Shown here: piece after piece, positions 57,319-64,000 of the stretch
How positions within the stretch are numbered: the first letter of the stretch is position 1
Layout: each line of letters begins with the position of its first letter
Assembly (NCBI GenBank): GCA_031961865.1
Contig: JAVRLB010000001.1
Location: forward strand, 11,719 to 75,718
Source: Thermoplasmatota archaeon
GTDB taxonomy: Archaea > Thermoplasmatota > Thermoplasmata > Thermoplasmatales > ARK-15
Direction: 5' to 3'
Length of the DNA stretch: 64,000 nucleotides
Notes under the pieces: generated by a model
Database searches by the model: none
Seen by the model: the letters and a program-made list of their open reading frames with translations, nothing else
Told to the model about the DNA's origin: nothing
Program-made: the position numbers and the translations under genes

Positions 57319-59277
57319 GTGAATTTTACGAGCGATGAAAGTAAAACAACAGCAGAACAGATAGCAGAAAAAGTATCAATACAATCAGATAGAAAACTGA
57401 GAAAGGCGTTGTCATTCCAGGATCTATTTTTCTTGTCATTAGGTGGTATGATAGGTTCTGGATGGCTAGTCGCAATTGGATATGGAGCTTCTATAGCTGG
57501 CCCCGCAATAATACTATCATGGATTATAGGTGGAGTAATTATATTATTTATAGCACTTACCTTTGCAGAGATATCAAGTGCGATACCAAAAAGCGGTGCA
57601 ATAGTTAGATATCCACAGCTTGCCTTGGGTGGATATACAGGATATATAGTCAGCTGGGCCTACTTTTTAGGTGCAGCCAGTATGCCTCCAGTAGAAGCAG
57701 AAGCAACACTAATTTATGCAAATAGCTATTTACCTAGTACTTTAAAAACAGTTTCTGGAATCAGCGGGCATTTAACGACTATCGGTATTTTGTTTGGAAT
57801 AGTCCTTATGGTCGTATATTTCTTCTTAAACTATCTCGGGATCAAATTTTTAGGCAAATTCAATACTTATGTCTCATGGTTCAAGCTGATCATACCAGTT
57901 ATTACATTCATCATAGTATTCATATTTTTGTATCACAGTGATAATTTAACAGGATTCGGATTTATGCCCTATGGATCATCAATGATACTTTATGCAATTC
58001 CAACTGCAGGAATAATATTTTCATATATCGGTTTCAGACAGGCTTTACAGTTTGGTGGAGAAGCGAAAAATCCACAGAGAGATATACCAAGAGCAATAAT
58101 ATTTTCTGTGTTAATAGTAATGGTGATCTATGTGCTGATTGAACTTGCTTTTATTGGCGCTGTTAACTGGACCAGTGCTGGTGTAGTTGTTGGAGAGTGG
58201 TCTACAATAGGGCCGGCAAATGCGTTAGGTTCAACACCGTTATTGCCAATTCTAAAATATAGCGGTATTGCGGGAATAGTTGCATTTTCTTATTTCTTAA
58301 TGATTGACGCCTGGATATCTCCGTCAGGTACGGGTTGGATATATGAAGGTAACGCATCGAGAGTTGCTTACGGAATATCTTCAAATGGTGTGTTTCCAAG
58401 AACATTTTTAAACGTAACTCAAAAAACAAGAATTCCATTATACGCTCTTTTATTAACATTATTTGTTGGTATATTGCTACTATTTAGTTTCTCTTCTTGG
58501 TACGTGTTTGTTGGATTTATCACCAGCATAACAGTGATCACATATGTGATAGGCCCAATAGCAATCTATGCGTTTAGAAAACATGCACCGGAACTTAAAA
58601 AGCCATTTAAGCTAAGGATGGCAGGAGTCGTTGCACCTATTGCGTTTATAGGTGCTGGCTTGATCGTATATTGGTCCGGCATAAAAACACTAGGGCTTGT
58701 CTACTCTACAATATTTGTAGGTATTCCATTATTCTATTTCCTTTACGGAACAGTTAAGTTAGAATTATCAAAGGCATACGCGTATGCAGTAGGTATTATT
58801 GGTGTGATCATTGCTGCTATCTTGGATGTATTAGAATACTTTTATGTATTATATCCATCATCGTCAGAATCTTTGGCTACTAATGAAAAATACTTCATAG
58901 TTATATGGATAGTTCAACTGATACTGATATTCGGCATTACATTAGCTACCCAGAGAAAAGTTAAAGAAGAGCACAAAAAAATGTTCAAGTCATCATACTG
59001 GCTTTTGATATTCATATTCTTCTCATATCTTGTCTCATATATAGGCGCTTATGGATACACACTTTTATTCACAAAAACTGTAACGATTGCCCAGACACAT
59101 GGCCCTGCTAAAGTAGTTACTACAGCACCAAGCGCATTGCTTGCTTATCCTTACGATACGATACTAATGATCATTGTTTTTGCAATAATATACGTCTTGG
59201 GCCTCAGAGCAACATATAAAACAGAAGATATAGAAGATGTGATAGAAGAACAAAAGGAATTAGAACAGGCACAATAA
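57319..59277 (+). CDS. APC-superfamily amino acid/polyamine permease with an extended C-terminal membrane domain
   Basis: LSLGGMIGSGW... APC N-terminal motif. More than 12 hydrophobic segments. GTG start inferred because there is no in-frame ATG nearby. Confidence 0.8.
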   Translation: MNFTSDESKTTAEQIAEKVSIQSDRKLRKALSFQDLFFLSLGGMIGSGWLVAIGYGASIAGPAIILSWIIGGVIILFIALTFAEISSAIPKSGAIVRYPQLALGGYTGYIVSWAYFLGAASMPPVEAEATLIYANSYLPSTLKTVSGISGHLTTIGILFGIVLMVVYFFLNYLGIKFLGKFNTYVSWFKLIIPVITFIIVFIFLYHSDNLTGFGFMPYGSSMILYAIPTAGIIFSYIGFRQALQFGGEAKNPQRDIPRAIIFSVLIVMVIYVLIELAFIGAVNWTSAGVVVGEWSTIGPANALGSTPLLPILKYSGIAGIVAFSYFLMIDAWISPSGTGWIYEGNASRVAYGISSNGVFPRTFLNVTQKTRIPLYALLLTLFVGILLLFSFSSWYVFVGFITSITVITYVIGPIAIYAFRKHAPELKKPFKLRMAGVVAPIAFIGAGLIVYWSGIKTLGLVYSTIFVGIPLFYFLYGTVKLELSKAYAYAVGIIGVIIAAILDVLEYFYVLYPSSSESLATNEKYFIVIWIVQLILIFGITLATQRKVKEEHKKMFKSSYWLLIFIFFSYLVSYIGAYGYTLLFTKTVTIAQTHGPAKVVTTAPSALLAYPYDTILMIIVFAIIYVLGLRATYKTEDIEDVIEEQKELEQAQ

Positions 59278-59302
59278 ATATCCTTTTTTTTATTTTTTAA
59301 GA

Positions 59303-60844
59303 TTATAAGAATAATTTAGGTACGGTTTTATCCACGTTTACAACTAGCACTTTTGCATGATCTCCCTCTTTTAACCACTCTATTTCTTTCAGACTAGAAT
59401 CAGCGACCATTACATCTATTCCAAAGCCTTTAACTATATTTTCTATATTCAGGTTTAAAGTTAAATATTCTGCATTTTCAAGCTCCGGATAATAGCTTTT
59501 TGCAAAGCTCTTTAAAATATTATATCCTCCATTATTTAATACCAGATATTTTACTGGAAGATGATATTTTTTAGCAGTCCAAAGACTCTGGATCGTGTAC
59601 ATGAAAGCTCCATCTCCAACAATCTCCAGTACCTTGTCGCTGTGCATTGCTATTCCCAGAGATGCGGCGTTGGCCCAACCCAGTTGCCCGCTTTTTGCAG
59701 TAAAATAGCGGTTAGGTCCATATCCAAAAATGGAGCGAACAACATAAGATGAGGAAATTGACTCATCCACTATTGTATACCCTGCAAAGTATTTTTTTGC
59801 AATGTACATTACATAATTTACACCCATCACTTTTTTCTCCCTCGCTACCTTGTTTGCAAATGTGAGGTCATCTGGCCTTTTAAAATTAGATTTCTTAACT
59901 GCATGAATCTTAAATTCTTTTAAAAACAGTTTTGGGTTCATTATGTAAGAATCTCCAATCTTATTTGACACCCCAAAGCCAACGAATATTAGGTCTTTAC
60001 CAGGCAATGGTGGGGAAGGCAAATACGGATAAAATGTAAGGTCTCCTCCAACAAATAGTATTAGATCATGTTCTAAAAGCTTTAAGTTTATCAGCGTGGT
60101 TCCAGGCATAAGGTCTCCGGCATAAGAGCTATGATCAGAATTAAAAACGGACCTGCTGGACAGAGGCTCACCATAAACAGGGCAACCAGTATGCTCTGCT
60201 AATTCTTCAGCTTCTTTAAATGCATTAAACAGATCGATTTCATATCCAAATACAATTGCAGGGTTCCTGGCCGCATTAAACCTATTGGCAATCTGTAGCA
60301 CCGATTCGGTATCTAAAAGAGTATTCTCTGAATTATGCTCGACATATTTAGAATAGTTGGCATTCTGATCCATTACATCCATAGGAAACGACAAAAAAAC
60401 TGGGCCCATAGGCGGGGTCAGAGCTATATTTTTAGCTTTTTTTATGGCAGGGGCAATATCTTCAACATTGTGTACTTCATACTTATATTTAACGGCATCA
60501 CCTATTACTGAAATAAGATCATAGTACAGTATAGGGTCATAAAACATGTGTCTTGTATCTTGTTGTCCAGCAGTGATAACTATTGGTGTGTGATTCTGTT
60601 TAGCAGTATATATAAAAGCCATAGAATTTGCAAGACCAGGCAAAGTATGCAGATTTACCAGGCTTGCTTTTTTCAGGAACTGGGACCTTCCATCAGCCAT
60701 TCCTACAGCAATAGAATCATGGAGAGTAAGCACATAATCTTTCACATTTCTCAACATCGGCAATTCTGTAGTACCCGGGTTTCCAAATACAGGATACAAA
60801 TCTAAATCTTCCAGAACTCTGCTGAAAATTTCAGAGCCTTTCAT
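59303..60844 (-). CDS. thiamine-diphosphate-dependent enzyme (benzoylformate decarboxylase / acetolactate synthase-like)
   Basis: N-terminal VFGNPGTTELP (catalytic Glu). C-terminal TPP motif GDGAFMY...NNGGY. 513 aa. Confidence 0.85.
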   Translation of the reverse strand: MKGSEIFSRVLEDLDLYPVFGNPGTTELPMLRNVKDYVLTLHDSIAVGMADGRSQFLKKASLVNLHTLPGLANSMAFIYTAKQNHTPIVITAGQQDTRHMFYDPILYYDLISVIGDAVKYKYEVHNVEDIAPAIKKAKNIALTPPMGPVFLSFPMDVMDQNANYSKYVEHNSENTLLDTESVLQIANRFNAARNPAIVFGYEIDLFNAFKEAEELAEHTGCPVYGEPLSSRSVFNSDHSSYAGDLMPGTTLINLKLLEHDLILFVGGDLTFYPYLPSPPLPGKDLIFVGFGVSNKIGDSYIMNPKLFLKEFKIHAVKKSNFKRPDDLTFANKVAREKKVMGVNYVMYIAKKYFAGYTIVDESISSSYVVRSIFGYGPNRYFTAKSGQLGWANAASLGIAMHSDKVLEIVGDGAFMYTIQSLWTAKKYHLPVKYLVLNNGGYNILKSFAKSYYPELENAEYLTLNLNIENIVKGFGIDVMVADSSLKEIEWLKEGDHAKVLVVNVDKTVPKLFL

Positions 60845-61785
60845 CAGATCACCCTGAACTGTGGCTCTATGCCTTGACTGTATCTAAGCACATTAGATAT
60901 GGTTTCAGTCAAAAATCTTCTCTGGCTCTCTACTGTTACGCCTGCTATATGTGGAGAAAATAAGACATTATCTAACTTAAACAACTCGGATTCAAAATCA
61001 GGTGGCTCTTTGTTATAGACATCTAATCCTGCCTTTAATCCCTTGGTCTTAATCGCCTTTATTAGCGCTTTTTCATCAACGATCTCTCCGCGTGCGGTAT
61101 TAATAAAAATAGCACCATCTTTCATTATTGAAAATTCATGATCGGAAAACATATGTGTTGTCTTTTCTGTCAGTGGTAAGTGTAATGAGATTATGTCAGA
61201 GTTTTTTAGAAGGTATTCAAAATCAGTATATTGAATACCCAATTGTTCTTCGAGCTCTTCAGGTAACCTGTTAATATCATAATAGATTATACCTACCTCA
61301 AATGGAATTAGACGTTCTACTAGCTTTACGCCGATTTTTCCCATCCCTACAATTCCTACTACTTTTCCCATCAAATCCATAGATCCTGTGATTAAAGGCC
61401 AGTTTTTAGATCTAAGCTGATGATCTAAAAACTTAATATCTTTTAAGAATGCTAACATCATTGCGATTACATGTTCTGCCACGCTTTCTTTGTTGGCAAT
61501 GGGAATATTGCATAACATTATGTTCTTCTTTTTTAGATATTCCACATCTACATTATCATAACCTGTGCTAGCTACCTGTACAAATTTTAAATTTGGCATG
61601 CGGTCTATCATCTCTTTACGCACAGGAGTAAAAGTAGTAACTACAAGCACTTCGACATCACTTGATTCTAATGAACTGTCAGCAGTTATTTGCATTTCAG
61701 GTAATATTTGGGATACAGTAGCTTTAATTTCTTCAGTAGGTATAAAACTTGGAATTATTGTTAAATATTTCATAAATTTATACAT
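60844..61785 (-). CDS. D-isomer-specific 2-hydroxyacid dehydrogenase
   Basis: NAD motif GIVGMGKIGVKLVERL, NTARGEIVD, SPHIAG catalytic His. Overlaps the downstream TPP enzyme by 1 nt. Confidence 0.9.
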   Translation of the reverse strand: MYKFMKYLTIIPSFIPTEEIKATVSQILPEMQITADSSLESSDVEVLVVTTFTPVRKEMIDRMPNLKFVQVASTGYDNVDVEYLKKKNIMLCNIPIANKESVAEHVIAMMLAFLKDIKFLDHQLRSKNWPLITGSMDLMGKVVGIVGMGKIGVKLVERLIPFEVGIIYYDINRLPEELEEQLGIQYTDFEYLLKNSDIISLHLPLTEKTTHMFSDHEFSIMKDGAIFINTARGEIVDEKALIKAIKTKGLKAGLDVYNKEPPDFESELFKLDNVLFSPHIAGVTVESQRRFLTETISNVLRYSQGIEPQFRVI

Positions 61786-61915
61786 AATTTCTCTAATATT
61801 TATATGTTTCTTAAAATTATATCAGAAATCAAACTAAAAAGAGCCCTAAAAAATATGGGCCAAAACTTGTGATCTTTGAAAATATTTATATACAGATTTA
61901 TTTATTATATACATC

Positions 61916-63472
61916 ATGACTAAAAGCCAGGTTGTTTTTGCTGGTGTTTTTGGGGTAGCATCATTAGCAACACTGGGCGTAGGTGTTAATAACGCGAACC
62001 TTGCAGAGATTATTACTATTGTAGGTATCTATGTTCATGCTTGGTTTTTGTCTTTTGCACTTGGACTGCCACTAGTAGTACTTACTTATGAGGCACTGGC
62101 AATAAGGAAAAAAGATCCTGAATATATGAGAGCTGCTATAAGAGGCAGTAGAGTATGGGGAATATCTTTTGCTACAGGCGCAGTTACTGGGACACTGGTA
62201 GAATTTGGGCTTGTACAGATATGGCCTGGATCGCTATTAGCAATTGGCACATTCTTTTTTGCGCCTATGTTTATAGAGCTTTTTGCATTTATGACAGAAA
62301 TTGTGTTTCTTGGACTTTACCTGTATACCTGGGATCAGTTTAAATATAAGTGGAAGCACTGGGTACTTGGAATAGGGGTGGGAGTAGGATCTATCTGGTC
62401 AGGGTTTCAAATATTAACGGTAAATGCTTGGATGAATGTTCCATGGGGTACCGGCTCAATAGTGAAACAAGTATTGCCATGGGAACCTAATTTAGGGCCA
62501 AATGTTGTAAACAATCAGGCTCTTTTAAAAATATTTAGTTTGTTGCCCACTACAGGCTCTAGTGTATTAGGTAACCTTAGCACGGTCCAAACTCTTGGGC
62601 AGTTGCTTACAGATCCGTTTATCTCATTTTTCTCACCTGACGCGATACCACTATTTTTGCACACAGTAACAGCTGCAATAATCGTAATAGGATTCTTAGC
62701 ATGTTTTATTCTGGCAGTAAAGTATTTCAAAAACAAATCTAAAAAAGCTTATTACGCCAAGCTCATAAAAATACCATTTGGGGTAGCTGCCATTGCATCT
62801 TTATTGCAGCCACTTTTTGGGGACTTTGAAGGTAGAGTCGAATATACATATATGTATACCAAGTTTCTGGCATTAGAAGGTATCCCAGCACAGGGTGGAA
62901 CTAATCCAATTATTAGCATATTACTGTACGGCAATCCCAATCACTTTTTCTATGGATTCGACTATTTGAAAACACTTGTTTCACAGTCTATTTCCCCTGG
63001 AATGGCGCTTTATACAATAAACTTTGCACAACAGAACCAGTACTGGCTCAGTCCTCTCTACTTGATCATGGTAATATTTGGAGTTATTTTGTTTATATTT
63101 GGTATTATTTATTTTGGACTTTTTTCTAAGATCTTAAACAAACTTGTTAGAACGGTGCTAAGGAGAGATACTATAGATGTACTGTTTTACGGGTCACTTG
63201 TACTACCTTTTATTGCAATAACAGCCGCAATTGTAGGATGGATGGTTAGAGAAGTAGGCAGACACCCCTGGAGCGTCCTGGGGCTTATCACATATAATGA
63301 AATTGTGACTCCTGTCAATCTAACAATATCTTATCTTGCGTTGATATTATTTATTGAGCTTTCAATTTTCATTGGTGGAACTATCGCAATGTACGTATCG
63401 TTTCAGTGGAAAGTCAAGGAAAAAACAATATCTATAGAACCAGAAGCAGAATTACCAGGTGATAAAAAATGA
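61916..63472 (+). CDS. cydA: cytochrome bd-type oxidase subunit I (CydA)
   Basis: TM1 His (YVHAWFLSFALGLP), WGISFATGAVTGTLVEFG, NAWMNVPWG motifs. 518 aa. Confidence 0.85.
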   Translation: MTKSQVVFAGVFGVASLATLGVGVNNANLAEIITIVGIYVHAWFLSFALGLPLVVLTYEALAIRKKDPEYMRAAIRGSRVWGISFATGAVTGTLVEFGLVQIWPGSLLAIGTFFFAPMFIELFAFMTEIVFLGLYLYTWDQFKYKWKHWVLGIGVGVGSIWSGFQILTVNAWMNVPWGTGSIVKQVLPWEPNLGPNVVNNQALLKIFSLLPTTGSSVLGNLSTVQTLGQLLTDPFISFFSPDAIPLFLHTVTAAIIVIGFLACFILAVKYFKNKSKKAYYAKLIKIPFGVAAIASLLQPLFGDFEGRVEYTYMYTKFLALEGIPAQGGTNPIISILLYGNPNHFFYGFDYLKTLVSQSISPGMALYTINFAQQNQYWLSPLYLIMVIFGVILFIFGIIYFGLFSKILNKLVRTVLRRDTIDVLFYGSLVLPFIAITAAIVGWMVREVGRHPWSVLGLITYNEIVTPVNLTISYLALILFIELSIFIGGTIAMYVSFQWKVKEKTISIEPEAELPGDKK

Positions 63473-64000
63473 TTTTTCCATCTTTTTCCGGGGCCGTATT
63501 ATTGGCATTTTATTTGCTTGGATTTACATTGATAGCTCATCTTTTCTTAGTTAACATAGTACTTGGTATTGCAATATTAGTACCATTTTTAGAATGGAGA
63601 AGCTATAAGAAGAATGATCCTGAACTTTTAACTTTGTCTCAGAGGCTATTCAAATATCTGGCAGTATCAGAGCTTGTAGCTGGTGTTTGGGCTACTTGGG
63701 TAACTATAATTTTAGCAGGGTACTGGAGCACGTTATTGTTTATTGCAACATCGAAGTTATTTATGCCAATTACCATCGCATTAATTGGAATCTTAATTTC
63801 AATACCCAGTATGGCATCATATTACTATCTATGGGGTAAAGTGAGGCGGTCAGTACATCTATTAATCGGCGGATTAATGATCATTGGAGCGGCGATGGTA
63901 CCCATAGGGTTTAACTATATCTTTACCTTTATAGATGATCCTGTAGGACTAAACTCCGCAAATGTATGGAACGTGATGTTTAATCCTCTGTATCCAGATT
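63469..64000 (+). CDS. cytochrome bd second subunit, 5' partial (runs off the window); CydB or CydA-prime-like
   Basis: ATGA overlap with cydA. My translation: MIFPSFSGAVLLAFYLLGFTLIAHLFLVNIVLGIAILVPFLEW...VAGVWATWVTIILAGYW... It stays open to the window end and is entirely hydrophobic helices. Confidence 0.6.
   Translation, partial: MIFPSFSGAVLLAFYLLGFTLIAHLFLVNIVLGIAILVPFLEWRSYKKNDPELLTLSQRLFKYLAVSELVAGVWATWVTIILAGYWSTLLFIATSKLFMPITIALIGILISIPSMASYYYLWGKVRRSVHLLIGGLMIIGAAMVPIGFNYIFTFIDDPVGLNSANVWNVMFNPLYPD

Noticed and set aside
1-64000. CRISPR arrays, rRNA genes, inteins, tRNA introns
   Set aside because: I looked for regularly spaced short direct repeats, rRNA-like G+C-rich blocks and oversized housekeeping ORFs, and found none. 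The three tRNAs fold without introns.

Overview
AT-rich (about one-third G+C by eye), densely packed archaeal chromosomal segment. The gene content is euryarchaeal: aIF1A, aIF2-gamma, aIF5A, Spt5, RpoN, P0/P1 stalk proteins, class-I CCA enzyme, NAC, Pth2 and RIO kinase. It also carries a bacterial-type GrpE-DnaK-DnaJ operon and cytochrome bd. The overall flavour suggests a Thermoplasmatales-like organism (Ferroplasma/Picrophilus/Thermoplasma type); this is inference only, since no search was possible.

Most of the window is housekeeping:
- ftsZ-secE-spt5-L11-L1-P0-P1
- S6e-aIF2g
- L18e-L13-S9-rpoN-tRNAPro
- tyrS-dys-mtnP
- aIF5A-agmatinase

Three tRNAs were folded by hand: Lys-CUU, Val-UAC and Pro-GGG. 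I found no rRNA and no CRISPR array.

Accessory or unusual content:
1. A tightly packed operon at 49.2-55.0 kb: class-III aminotransferase, FGGY sugar kinase, RuBisCO-like protein (form-IV-like active site), a 121-aa unknown protein and an MFS transporter. An HTH regulator converges on its end and an HAD phosphatase lies upstream. This is my best candidate for an undescribed pathway.
2. A 6.3-kb island bracketed by convergent tRNA-Lys and tRNA-Val. It holds an IS1634/IS4-type IS with an intact YREK motif, a 1027-aa repeat-rich surface glycoprotein, a DUF2080/AbrB-like gene and a frameshifted wHTH gene.
3. A roughly 130-145-bp MITE-like repeat family with three copies, each just upstream of a gene start and carrying a TTGACA-N-TTTCAAAAA plus TATA-like module.
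4. A decayed TnpB (IS200/IS605 OrfB) remnant.
5. An Spt5 with a roughly 157-aa N-terminal extension.
6. A cytochrome bd locus whose second subunit looks CydA-like.

All functional calls rest on motifs I recognise in the supplied translations. No database search was run.
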